Shown here in pieces: positions 29,045-38,059 of a DNA stretch of 61,982 nt. The notes under the pieces are model-generated. The model made no database searches, was not told where the DNA came from, and worked only from the letters and a program-made list of their open reading frames with translations. Every line of letters begins with the position of its first letter. Position 1 is the stretch's first letter. The position numbers were made by a program, and so were the translations under genes. Source of the DNA: Candidatus Aenigmatarchaeota archaeon (GTDB taxonomy: Archaea; Aenigmatarchaeota; Aenigmatarchaeia; GW2011-AR5); the NCBI GenBank assembly GCA_016193585.1, contig JACPRW010000002.1, forward strand, positions 1 through 61,982, in the 5' to 3' direction.

Positions 29045-29288
29045 TATAGATAATTGCGCAGCTTATGTCGTATTAACGCGCAATTTTCTATAGGTGAATT
29101 GCAAATAATATCAGGACATATAGTGAACCAAGTAAATAATCAGGTATTATATCTTGGTTCACTTACACGCAAAAAGCAAAGCTTTTTGGTGCACCGGAAA
29201 ACTTTGTTTTCCGCGTGTAGCGGACAACAAAAGTATTATGTCGGTATTCTTTTGTTGGTCCACTATAACCAGTGCAATTCACCATATA
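29045..29288. repeat. Composite hairpin-module repeat (about 240 bp), partner of 22611-22853
   Basis: Track ORF 29054-29329 lies inside it and shares its peptide with ORF 22555-22848, so it is a repeat artefact. Confidence 0.85.
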
Positions 29289-29368
29289 TGAACGCGAAAT
29301 GGGTCGAAGGGTTGTGGACAGTCCTGTAGTTTACTAGATTTATAAACCTTGATGGCGGTAATAATTAC

Positions 29369-29587
29369 ATGAAATCGAAAATGTTTACCGCAGTCCTGCG
29401 CAAGGAAGAAGATATGTATGTGGCGAAATGCGTAGAAGTAGGCACTGTAAGCCAAGGGAAGACAGTAGAACAAGCTTTGGCAAAACTCAAGGAAGCCACC
29501 GAGTTATATCTTGAAGAGTTTCCAATTAAGGAAGAATCAAAGCCATTGATGACCGTGTTCGAGGTGGCAGAAAGTGCCAAAGCTTAG
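29369..29587 (+). CDS. hicB: HicB-family antitoxin
   Basis: YVAKCVEVGTVSQGKTVEQALAKLKEATELYLEE matches the HicB/UPF0150 fold motif. Confidence 0.7.
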   Translation: MKSKMFTAVLRKEEDMYVAKCVEVGTVSQGKTVEQALAKLKEATELYLEEFPIKEESKPLMTVFEVAESAKA

Positions 29588-29816
29588 GAAAATCTCGGGC
29601 AAGGAGTGCATAAAGGCTCTTTATAAAATGGGTTTCAAGCCAGTAAGGCAGCGCGGAAGCCATGTCGTTTTGGTCAAATTAACGCCGGAAGGGAAAATAG
29701 GCACAGTGGTTCCACTTGACAAAGAACTCAAAATCGGACGCTCAAAGGAATCCTTGAGAAGGCCAAAGTGGACGAGGATGAATTTGCTAAGTTTATCTGA
29801 ACTTTTTGTTTTATAG
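29574..29816 (+). pseudogene. hicA: HicA-family toxin with a C-terminal frameshift (one missing base near 29740). Conserved TLKGILEKAKVDEDEFAKFI resumes in another frame.
   Basis: KALYKMGFKPVRQRGSHVVL is the HicA core. After ...ELKIG the canonical continuation is only readable at +2. Confidence 0.55.
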
Positions 29817-29929
29817 GAGCCGCTCGTACTTGGGCGTACATATTTTACGTGAAATTCTTCATAGTTGCTATTCGTGTTTTCTGCCTTAACCCTGATTAAG
29901 CTTAAAAACAGCCGCGCTATAATTCTGCA

Positions 29930-30508
29930 ATGGCTGCGAAAATTGTCATCGTCATCTCCGGCATGCCGGGCTGCGGCTCGACGACGACCGGCAAGCTGCT
30001 TGCCGACAAACTGAAGATGGAGTTCTTCTCCGTCGGCACGTACTTCAAGAACCTTGACGAGGATAAATGGATGGATGCGTACTATCGGGAGACGGCGACT
30101 TCAATTGAGCTGTGGAAGTCTGATATCGGTAAAAAAATCCAGTTCACTAAGGAAGGCTCGCTCAACAAATTAGAGCAGCTACAAATCGACAAAGCCAAGA
30201 AGGGCAGCATCGTCATCGAGAGCAAGCTGGGCATCCGCTTTCTGAAAGCATATGCGACGCTCACCGTGTGGCTGAAAGCGCCGCTGGAAACGCGCGTTAC
30301 GCGTTACGCGCAGCGCGAAGGTGTCACGCTGGAGGAAGCTGCACAGCTCCTCAGGGAGAAAGAAACGCTCGAACGGGAGAACTTCAAGAAAATATACGGC
30401 TTCGATTTCTTCGTGCAGGAGAAAGAAGCGGATGTCGTCATCGACACGTCTGACAAGGCACCCGGGGAAATCGTGGGCGCGATCCTGGCGCGCATGAAGA
30501 AAGCGTAG
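29930..30508 (+). CDS. cmk: Archaeal-type cytidylate kinase / P-loop nucleotide kinase
   Basis: ISGMPGCGSTTTGKLLA P-loop. Size and layout match archaeal CMP kinases. Confidence 0.6.
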   Translation: MAAKIVIVISGMPGCGSTTTGKLLADKLKMEFFSVGTYFKNLDEDKWMDAYYRETATSIELWKSDIGKKIQFTKEGSLNKLEQLQIDKAKKGSIVIESKLGIRFLKAYATLTVWLKAPLETRVTRYAQREGVTLEEAAQLLREKETLERENFKKIYGFDFFVQEKEADVVIDTSDKAPGEIVGAILARMKKA

Positions 30509-30527
30509 CGCGTTCACGAATGCTTTT

Positions 30528-30706
30528 TATAGTGAAGCAAATAAATAATACCGATATTATACATTTGCTTCACATATAGCAAACAAGGAAGTAATACAAG
30601 GTGGATTCCATGAATCCACCTGTACAGGAGAATCTTCGATTCTCCTCGTATCATGTTTATTTCCTTGTATTGCTATAATACGACATAAGCTGCGCAATTA
30701 TCTATA
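30528..30706. repeat. Family A repeat with inner insert, plus aattgcgc module
   Basis: Near-identical to 46-225. Confidence 0.85.
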
Positions 30707-30725
30707 TCTGGAATGTCATGCCTCA

Positions 30726-31454
30726 TTACTTTTTCGCTGCGTTCCACATGACGTTGAAATATTTCCGGTAGCCTTCAGCTATGGATTTGTTTTCGATGAC
30801 GATGGCCAGTGGCTCGTCCTCAGAAAAGAGAATGATCGCAACCTTGCTGCCGTAAATCCGCAGCGCCGCATGAGAGCTGAATTCGTCAGGCAGGAACCTG
30901 CATTCCAGCATCGGATTGGACGTATATCTCCTGTTGTGGGCGCTTTCGTTGTAGATAAGTTTCGGCTTGATATTTTTCTTCATCCTTCTTCTGACATACC
31001 CCGGCATGTAAAACCTGAGCACCTTTTCTATCTGCTCCCCCGGGCCGTAACCGGCATAATTTTCTCCGGCAGCAAGGATATCTTCGAATACGGTTTTGAT
31101 GCCCTCCCTTCCTTTGAAAACTTTTACGTCGCCGTGTTCCCTCCGATGGGGCTTCAATTTGTGTATCTCCTTCTCAAGCCTCCTTCTGCTTTCCTCAATG
31201 GACTTTTTCTGCTCTTCGACAATCTGAAGCAGCCGTTCAGGCTCGGTGGCGTGAAACAGTTTTCTGCTGTTCATGGTCACGAAGCTCACGAGGCCTTTCT
31301 GCATCAGCCGTTCCAGCGCGTCGTACACGTTCCTGCGGTGGATGCCCGTTGCCTCGGTGATGCGCCCTGCGCGTGAAGATCCAGACCGCAATAAATTCAG
31401 GTATATTTTCGCCTCATTTTTCGTCAGGCCGATTTCCCCCATGAGGTCCTGCAT
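30726..31454 (-). CDS. TrmB-family transcriptional regulator
   Basis: N-terminal wHTH LTKNEAKIYLNLLRSGSSRAGRITEATGIHRRNVYDALERLMQKGLV and a C-terminal TrmB effector domain. Confidence 0.75.
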   Translation of the reverse strand: MQDLMGEIGLTKNEAKIYLNLLRSGSSRAGRITEATGIHRRNVYDALERLMQKGLVSFVTMNSRKLFHATEPERLLQIVEEQKKSIEESRRRLEKEIHKLKPHRREHGDVKVFKGREGIKTVFEDILAAGENYAGYGPGEQIEKVLRFYMPGYVRRRMKKNIKPKLIYNESAHNRRYTSNPMLECRFLPDEFSSHAALRIYGSKVAIILFSEDEPLAIVIENKSIAEGYRKYFNVMWNAAKK

Positions 31455-31533
31455 ACAGCACATGATGCACGCAGGCTTTAATTTGTATGCGTGTGGTTGC
31501 CTTGGTAACCACACTGGTTAATATGTAACCGCG

Positions 31534-31839
31534 ATGAATAAAATGAAAAAGGAGGTGGAGAGAAGCATGACATACGTCGGAAGCAGGGAATCTGGTAGAT
31601 GGATATCACTGGCTGCTCGAAATGCTGCAAGCATCCAGGCGCTCTTACGGGAGCAAGTAGTCTTAGGCATTTACATAGATGCGTTGCGACGGGGAGATGC
31701 TGCGAGGGTTGCACAAGCCAGTGCACGGTTGCCGTATCCGGTGAGTGGCGTTGACGATGCCGAAGTGCGATTGGCGTACGCCCGCGATATCAGCGACTAT
31801 ACATTTCTGGCTATGCAACACGAACTGGGGAGTGGCTGA
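31534..31839 (+). CDS. Hypothetical protein
   Basis: 101-aa ORF upstream of the HK-like gene. No motif. Confidence 0.3.
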   Translation: MNKMKKEVERSMTYVGSRESGRWISLAARNAASIQALLREQVVLGIYIDALRRGDAARVAQASARLPYPVSGVDDAEVRLAYARDISDYTFLAMQHELGSG

Positions 31840-31893
31840 CATTTTTCATGAACGTGAAGTCATTGATGTTCCTGACGAAGGAGAGGTTTTCTG

Positions 31894-32856
31894 ATGGGAA
31901 GGCTACAGGAAATAATCACCCGTGAGTTTGGCGAGCGAATAATCCGAATGCCTGATCCATTGGGAGAGCTAACGCCTCCTGATGATGCACTCTATGACGC
32001 GTTAGGTTGCCATGTCGCTGACCCCTCCGTGCACGAGGCATTTGACGGGATTTTCGATGCAGTGCGGGCGATGGAAGCTGCTGCGCGCGCTGATTCGCCT
32101 GATGAGTACGACCGGCTGGCAGTGGGATTGCACGGTCATGACCTGAGGAATATGCATGCAGTTCTGGCATCAAGTTTCCGCCTGAGCAGATCACGGCCCG
32201 GCCTGCTGCGTGACAGAGAGTTTCTCGATACATTTTCAGCATATGAGCAGCTTTTCCGCCTCTTCGGTGCCACGATGGCGTATCTTTCATCAGCGGGTGA
32301 TGCACGCTATACGTTACCTGTCCCTTTTTCACGCGTGGGGTGGCTGCTGCAGGTACCGGCACGAGGCATAAAACTGACAGCGCTTGAGCATCCTCCTGTG
32401 GGGCATCTACAAAGTCCTGAGTATGTGGTGCTGCACCAGTTCGCTTCTAATGCCCCTGTTGGTTTTGGTGCTGTCATCGATGATGGCGGCGCGTACACAA
32501 CGCTCTCTGTCAGCGATAGAGGACCAGGTATTCGTGATGCCTGCGGGAGCCCGCTCCCGCCAGAACGATTCAGCGAGCTGTTTGGCGGTTTCACGACAAA
32601 GGAAAGAGGAAGAGGCCATGGCGGAGGATTGCAGATAGCCGACGGGTTGAGCCGCTTGCGAGGAGGCTATATCGATGTCAGGACAGGAACAGAGGCGCAT
32701 GAAATTCAGTATACGACGCGTGATGGCCGTTATTCCGTATCTCCTCCTAACGGTTTCCATGGGACCCGCTTCACGCTCCATGTCCCCCACTCCAACAGTT
32801 TCCATGGAAGAGGCGGTGACGCTATGGCCGGTTTCGGTGCAGCGCATTATGCGTGA
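31894..32856 (+). CDS. Histidine-kinase-like ATPase domain protein (soluble, no receiver or TM domain)
   Basis: H-box-like GLHGHDLRNMHAV. HATPase_c blocks VSDRGPGI and GRGHGGGLQIA. Codon usage less GC3-biased than neighbours. Confidence 0.55.
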   Translation: MGRLQEIITREFGERIIRMPDPLGELTPPDDALYDALGCHVADPSVHEAFDGIFDAVRAMEAAARADSPDEYDRLAVGLHGHDLRNMHAVLASSFRLSRSRPGLLRDREFLDTFSAYEQLFRLFGATMAYLSSAGDARYTLPVPFSRVGWLLQVPARGIKLTALEHPPVGHLQSPEYVVLHQFASNAPVGFGAVIDDGGAYTTLSVSDRGPGIRDACGSPLPPERFSELFGGFTTKERGRGHGGGLQIADGLSRLRGGYIDVRTGTEAHEIQYTTRDGRYSVSPPNGFHGTRFTLHVPHSNSFHGRGGDAMAGFGAAHYA

Positions 32857-32909
32857 ATGCCTCCGCTTTTGATAAAAGGTTTTAATAGACTGCTATCATT
32901 ATAGATAGT

Positions 32910-33443
32910 ATGATGCTTTTCCATCGGCTTTTCAGCGTCATGGACATGCTGCATCCAGCACGGGTTGCCTACGCCCACTGCGACATCCCGTGCGGCATCT
33001 ACGACCCTCACCTTGCCCAGCAGGCCGCGCATACGGTCATTCGCATGGTTATGCTTATCGAAGAAGCAACGGCAAAATTCAAGGCACTAGCAAACCCGAT
33101 AGCAGAGGACAGGCGCGAGTTTGTCACCAAGCTTGCCCGCTACACTGCAACGAAAGAGCAGCACGCCGAGCTGTGTAAACACGAAGTCCGCATCCTGTGG
33201 GGCGACTACTTCAAGCCTGAGCACATCCAGAAATACCCTGAACTGCACGAGCTGGTGTGGAAGGTTATGAAGCTGGGGTCCATCGCGCGGCAGTCGGTCG
33301 ATATGCAAACCGCTGAGGAGCTGCTCGAGGCCGCGAACCGCGTTGCCGAGATATTCTGGGAAACCAAGGGCATGGGCCACGCGCGCTACCCGGCGCCGAA
33401 CCCTACCGGCCGGCAAACCGTCTATCCGACGGGGAAGAAGTAA
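32910..33443 (+). CDS. sodN: Nickel-containing superoxide dismutase precursor
   Basis: Ni-hook HCDIPCGIYDP after a 22-aa propeptide. LWGDYFKPEH, YPELHELV and IFWETK blocks as in Streptomyces SodN. Confidence 0.85.
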   Translation: MMLFHRLFSVMDMLHPARVAYAHCDIPCGIYDPHLAQQAAHTVIRMVMLIEEATAKFKALANPIAEDRREFVTKLARYTATKEQHAELCKHEVRILWGDYFKPEHIQKYPELHELVWKVMKLGSIARQSVDMQTAEELLEAANRVAEIFWETKGMGHARYPAPNPTGRQTVYPTGKK

Positions 33444-33525
33444 TGCTCTGTTCTTAAAAGTTGTCGTCCAATAGACCTTTCATGGGGGATTCTGAAAACA
33501 AACAGATTTTGGGTGACTTTGCCAT

Positions 33526-33816
33526 TATATGGTGAATTGCACTGGTTATGTCCTGATATTATTTGCAATTCACCTATAGAAAATTGCGCGTTATAGTGAA
33601 GCAAATAAATAATACCGATATTATACATTTGCTTCACATATAGCAAACAAGGAAGTAATACAAGGTGATCGTGTTTATTTCCTTGTATTGCTATAATACG
33701 ACATAAGCTGCGCAATTATAGCTGACCAACTTAATATTCAGGTATTACACAAGTTGGTCACATATAGTGAACCAAGTTATAATATCCGGATTCTTTACTT
33801 GGTTAACTATATCTAT
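33526..33816. repeat. Composite hairpin-module repeat (gtgaattgca, aattgcgcg, family A with 8-nt footprint caaggtga, tgaccaactt and gtgaaccaag modules)
   Basis: Module 2 here carries only caaggtga where 97-213 carries the 56-nt insert. Confidence 0.85.
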
Positions 33817-33994
33817 AACAGTTGTCGCCATTATCATTTTCTTGCTCCCCTTCGTGCTGTACGAAGAAGGAAGCTTTTGGCGGGAGCGGAATATACAGAG
33901 GGGTACGATACTCGCTGCAATTACTTTCTTTCTCGGTGGTATATACGTGGCAGTTTACGCAAACCGGCACGAAAAAAAGAAACAGCCGCATTAG
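33767..33994 (+). CDS. Possible small 2-TM membrane protein. The start lies inside the repeat.
   Basis: Hydrophobic 75-aa ORF, but its first codons are repeat-derived. Confidence 0.2.
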   Translation: MNQVIISGFFTWLTISITVVAIIIFLLPFVLYEEGSFWRERNIQRGTILAAITFFLGGIYVAVYANRHEKKKQPH

Positions 33995-34362
33995 GAAAGC
34001 GTGTGGGATCTGTTCTTGAATCCCCGTTGAAATCTACATGAACACCGGGTTGTCCTGATACGTTTGACCGGCGGGCACCGTGGATTACGAAGGATTATAG
34101 AAGGGCTGCCGGCAGAAGCCCTTGTGGACAAAGAATGGGGCATCAGAAAAGCCTAATACCCAGGCGGCTTCTTGTGGACATAGCCGGGAGCGTCCTTGTT
34201 CGCGTACACCGGCGGGGCTGACGGCTGGCAGGTGAATCCTGCAGCTTCCTTGTGCCATCGCTCCCTGAGAAAATCAGGAATATAGTCAACGCCAGCCATG
34301 CAATTCATTTCTTTACCGCCTTTAAATGCCCACCTAAAGTTGTAGTTTTACAAGTGATTCGC

Positions 34363-35028
34363 ATGTCCCAAAGACCGAGTAGCGTTGTGACAGTTTCCGG
34401 AAATGAAATCAAAGGGCATCTAAGGCAACTGGAGAAACGTACCCACGACGGCCGTCATCATCTTCACACGGTAACATCACGATTGGAACAAGGCAGCCTC
34501 GTCAGCTTGTACGAAATAGACAACCCAGAAATATGTAGTAGATTAGGCTATTTTGCAGATGACGATTTTCCATACTGGAAGATCCATGGAGCCTTTAAAG
34601 GTCCTTGTATCACAGCTCTGTTACTAATGGAGTCTGGTGGGCATACAACAGGGGATGGAAGGAAATGTTTACCATTTTCTAAGGCATTTGATTACGATTT
34701 TGGAGAATGTTTAGAACGTGCTATTCTTACCCAGTTAATCGCCCAGCAAGCACCATATGCAACGGATAGTTTCTTGGTTTGTGGCTACGAACGAGGGCAG
34801 CATGCGTTTAACGTTGTCTACATGCCTGAACACCCGTATCTAGTTGATACCATGAATCCTTTGCGTGAGGAGGGAAAGGCACGTGAACCGTACATTGCAC
34901 CCCTTACTGGAATTGAAGTCGTGGTAACTTCGCTCTACAGTAACTATCCTCCGCTGGAATCAGATAGGTTTTTGGTCCCTCCCCAATGGGAACGGGGAAG
35001 GTCATACAAGCTTGATTGGTCTCTTTAA
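34363..35028 (+). CDS. Hypothetical protein
   Basis: 221-aa ORF. Moderately AT-rich. No motif recognised. Confidence 0.45.
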   Translation: MSQRPSSVVTVSGNEIKGHLRQLEKRTHDGRHHLHTVTSRLEQGSLVSLYEIDNPEICSRLGYFADDDFPYWKIHGAFKGPCITALLLMESGGHTTGDGRKCLPFSKAFDYDFGECLERAILTQLIAQQAPYATDSFLVCGYERGQHAFNVVYMPEHPYLVDTMNPLREEGKAREPYIAPLTGIEVVVTSLYSNYPPLESDRFLVPPQWERGRSYKLDWSL

Positions 35029-35185
35029 ATCAGTTCTGCCTGCGTGCTGTTCCTGGGGAGATTGTGTATTTGAAGAGCTTAAAAAATACACAGGAGTTTG
35101 CATAAGAAACTAGGGTAAATCCTGTGGATGCTTAATTTTTATCCCGAATTATCTTTCTATGGGGCTTGTAAAGATTAAATAATGC

Positions 35186-35560
35186 ATGAAATCTATATAT
35201 GTCTATTTAAATCTTGTCATCAATAGAATACAAGATTTTATGCAGAAAATAAAGGAAAGCGAGCTTGTTTCAGCGCGACTTAGCCCAAAAGAAATGGAAG
35301 CTATAGAGACCTTGGTAGAAGAAGGCTTCTATATGAACACGGCGGATTTCGTGAGAATGGCTGTACGGGAAAAGCTGGAGTCTATTAAAATAATAGACGT
35401 ACGCGACTTAAGCAAGGACAAGGCCAGGAAGGAAGTTATAGAATACATCAAGGATAACAAGCAAGCATATCCGAGCGATATATCTGATGCATTGAAAATT
35501 GATTTTGATATGGTTCTAGAAATAGTAAAAGAACTGGCGAAAGAGGGCAGAGTTAAATGA
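35186..35560 (+). CDS. Ribbon-helix-helix plus winged-helix transcriptional regulator
   Basis: RLSPKEMEAIETLVEEGFYMNTADFVRMAVREKL is a CopG/RHH motif. C-terminal wHTH. AT-rich. Start possibly at MQKIKES (35243). Confidence 0.55.
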   Translation: MKSIYVYLNLVINRIQDFMQKIKESELVSARLSPKEMEAIETLVEEGFYMNTADFVRMAVREKLESIKIIDVRDLSKDKARKEVIEYIKDNKQAYPSDISDALKIDFDMVLEIVKELAKEGRVK

Positions 35561-36018
35561 TACTTCGGGATTTGGGCGATGAAGTTCAGGGAGAGCAAAT
35601 TGTCTGCTTTTACAGGAAAAGAGACAGAGAAATATTGTTCCCCATGACGTCAGGTCACCGAGGCCTGAGAGTTAAGATAAAAGGCTTACCTGCACGTGCT
35701 GTCGTAGAAAAGCAAATTGAGTTTTTGAGATGAAATGCCCCTTGTTACTACCGGCTGATTCACGGAGAGCGGAGCTCTCCTGAATTCCTTGCAGAACCAA
35801 GTTCTGCGAGGTTTCAGAGAACTTTGTTCCCTGCAAATCTCAAGGGGCTTACAGAGGCCCTTTGCAGAAAAGTCCGTGGTTTCTTTGTGCAGAAAACTCT
35901 GAAAGAGTTTTCTGAAAACGTCAGAAAGCTTTTCTTTCTGCACGTTGTGCATTTCTTTCGAATTCATCCCCTCATCCGCTGACTGAAGCCAGCGGTTTTC
36001 GGGAGGATTCAAAATAAA

Positions 36019-36729
36019 TCAGAATTCGATTTTCTTGCTTTCTTTCGTCACCACAAACGTTTGTGTTTCTGCGCCGCAGTGCTTTCCGACAAGTGCCGCC
36101 AGCCCGTTCAGCGCCGCCTTCATGTCCTGTTCCGTCAGCGGCGGCAGCATCTCGATGACGAGCACTGCGCTCCTCGTTGCTTCGGTCAGCTTCGTGCGGT
36201 CGGACTCGCGCCAGTTCCATTTCCTGCAGAGCACTTCCCTGTTGTCTGTGTACACAACTTCTCCCTGAGCCGGATGCGTTACCTCTGAAGAGCCAAGAGC
36301 GACAAACGGCTCAGTCCCTTCAGCGAATTTCAGGCGTATGTCACCTGTAATTTTTTCCATGTCCTCGCCGCCAACCGGCGTTCTGTATTTGAGCGAGATG
36401 CAATTGTAGCAGTCGACCAGCGTGTTGATATGGCGGAGCGAACCGCCCTTCAGGACGCGCCGCATGAGCGCTTCATGTGACGCACGGTCATCCTTCTCGC
36501 CGAACTGCCTGTACGCCTGCCGCCAGTTCTGGATGAGCGGCGACTGCGCAAGCGTTTCGAGCTGCAGCTCATGCCGCACCTGCGCTTCCTGCTGCCGCAG
36601 CATCTGCATAACTTCCGCATTTTCCCCCTGGTTATTGATATCCCGTGCGACGGCAATGCCTATCACTGCGTCAGGGTACTTCCCGAAGATTGCATCGTCT
36701 ATGGCAAAACGCATCAAAAAATTTGTCAC
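36019..36729 (-). CDS. B3/4-domain protein (stand-alone homolog of the PheT B3/B4 tRNA-binding domain)
   Basis: LMRRVLKGGSLRHINTLVDCYNCISLKYRTPVGGED block. Confidence 0.65.
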   Translation of the reverse strand: MTNFLMRFAIDDAIFGKYPDAVIGIAVARDINNQGENAEVMQMLRQQEAQVRHELQLETLAQSPLIQNWRQAYRQFGEKDDRASHEALMRRVLKGGSLRHINTLVDCYNCISLKYRTPVGGEDMEKITGDIRLKFAEGTEPFVALGSSEVTHPAQGEVVYTDNREVLCRKWNWRESDRTKLTEATRSAVLVIEMLPPLTEQDMKAALNGLAALVGKHCGAETQTFVVTKESKKIEF

Positions 36730-36764
36730 CGTATCTTTAAAAATAGTGCCACCAAGTACTGTCT

Positions 36765-36941
36765 ATGCCGGCTGATTTGGAAAAAATACAAAAGGATCTC
36801 GCGGGGCTCAAAAGAGACATTGCGTTCATCAAGCATGTTCTTGTAGAGGAATACGAAATGAGCGGCTACGCAAAGAAAGCCCTGAAAAAGGCGAGGGAAA
36901 CGCCCAAATCAAAATACGTCAGCTTAGAAGAGCTTGGTTGA
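36765..36941 (+). CDS. Putative antitoxin (58 aa), partner of the disrupted relE-like gene. Not in the ORF track.
   Basis: MPADLEKIQKDLAGLKRDIAFIKHVLVEEYEMSGYAKKALKKARETPKSKYVSLEELG. Its stop overlaps the toxin ATG (TGAATG). Confidence 0.45.
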   Translation: MPADLEKIQKDLAGLKRDIAFIKHVLVEEYEMSGYAKKALKKARETPKSKYVSLEELG

Positions 36942-37503
36942 ATGGCATACGATGTCAGGCTACATCCTGCCGCAGATGATTTTTTAAAATGCTCCCGAAA
37001 CATGTTTCTGCGAGAATCAAGGAAAAATTAATAGTATGTTCTGTTGATTAGTGAACATTTCATCTTGAATGCCTTGAAAACTGCTACCTTCAGGCAGCAA
37101 ATGCAACAAGGCATTCGGGATCTTCAAAGAGCAGAGCTCTTTGAGATCTCAACTGCGGAAAGCTTCCACTTTCCGCAGTTGCAGATGCCATGCTCCACGG
37201 AAACCACCGACTGCAGTCGGTGGTATAGAGGAGCATATCATGCAGAACATACCCTATAGCAGGTTCAGGTGAAAAGTTTGGTTATTACGTGAACCTACTA
37301 TAATAAGAGCCATAAAGGAAAATCCATTCCATTATCTTGAGCTTTTGAAAGGAGAAAACGTTTACAAGCTGCGCATCGGCGGCTACAGGGAACTGATAGA
37401 CATCGATTTCAGGGAAAAAGTTCTTTACGTCCGTGTTCTCGGCCACAGAAAAAGAATTTGCAATGGTAGTTGGATATGCCCCTCCTCATGCGCTTCAAGG
37501 TAA
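36942..37503 (+). pseudogene. relE: RelE/ParE-family toxin gene split by a 260-bp MITE insertion. N-fragment 36942-37031, C-fragment 37303-37503.
   Basis: N-part MAYDVRLHPAADDFLK... C-part IKENPFHYLELLKGENVYKLRIGGYRELIDIDFREKVLYVRVLGHRK. The C-part is in a different frame. Confidence 0.6.
37040..37302. mobile_element. Composite MITE (family B) inserted in relE. Core atgccatgctccacggaaaccaccgactgcagtcggtggtatagaggagcatatcatgc...ctatagcaggttc-hairpin-tactata, plus three extra hairpins.
   Basis: Second copy of the about 115-bp core at 54161-54277. Non-coding and all-hairpin. Confidence 0.75.
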
Positions 37504-37757
37504 GAGACCGTAGCATGGAGCCAGCGCTCCGTGAGGGCGACTACGTGCTCGTGAGCAGCGTGCCGTTCATGGTCAGACGGCCTGCTGCAGGCGACATTGT
37601 TGTCGCACGGCACAAGGGAATGTTCGTCATCAAGCGGATACGGGAGACAGAAGGAGACGTGTACACGCTTCTCGGAGACAACCCGCATGGCAGCGGCTTC
37701 CGCGTGCCGAAAAAAGCCATTGTCGGCAAGGTTGTCCTGCACGTACGGAAAAAATAA
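37470..37757 (+). CDS. sodX: S26-family signal-peptidase-like protease, candidate NiSOD maturation peptidase SodX
   Basis: Catalytic Ser in RDRSMEPALREGDYVLV and Lys in FVIKRIRE. 95 aa. About 4 kb from sodN. Confidence 0.6.
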   Translation: MDMPLLMRFKVRDRSMEPALREGDYVLVSSVPFMVRRPAAGDIVVARHKGMFVIKRIRETEGDVYTLLGDNPHGSGFRVPKKAIVGKVVLHVRKK

Positions 37758-37944
37758 AAAGGGCGGCGCACAGATAGCTTTGGTGATTTGATGGGCGACG
37801 ACGACCGTCAGGAGTTCTTCGAGGGCAAGAAGCGGAAGAAGTACCGACGCATCTACAAGAAGGGTCACCAGCGCGTGTACAAATGACGCTCTGAGCACTT
37901 CCAGCATTCGGTGCACAGATTGCTTAAATACTTAGCGTCATGGT

Positions 37945-38038
37945 TATAGTGAACCCAGAAAAGAATCTGGATATGATTTCTGGTTCACATATAGCTCACA
38001 AGGAAGTAATATCCTGTTTATTTCCTTGTAGAGCTATA
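37945..38038. repeat. Hairpin-module repeat (gtgaacccag plus acaaggaag modules)
   Basis: Modules shared with 1838-1935. Confidence 0.8.
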
Positions 38039-38059
38039 ATGCTCAGAGGGACCACCTGC

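Noticed and set aside
37425-37916. 163-aa minus-strand ORF
   Set aside because: Antisense to the SodX-like peptidase gene, which has a catalytic Ser/Lys dyad.
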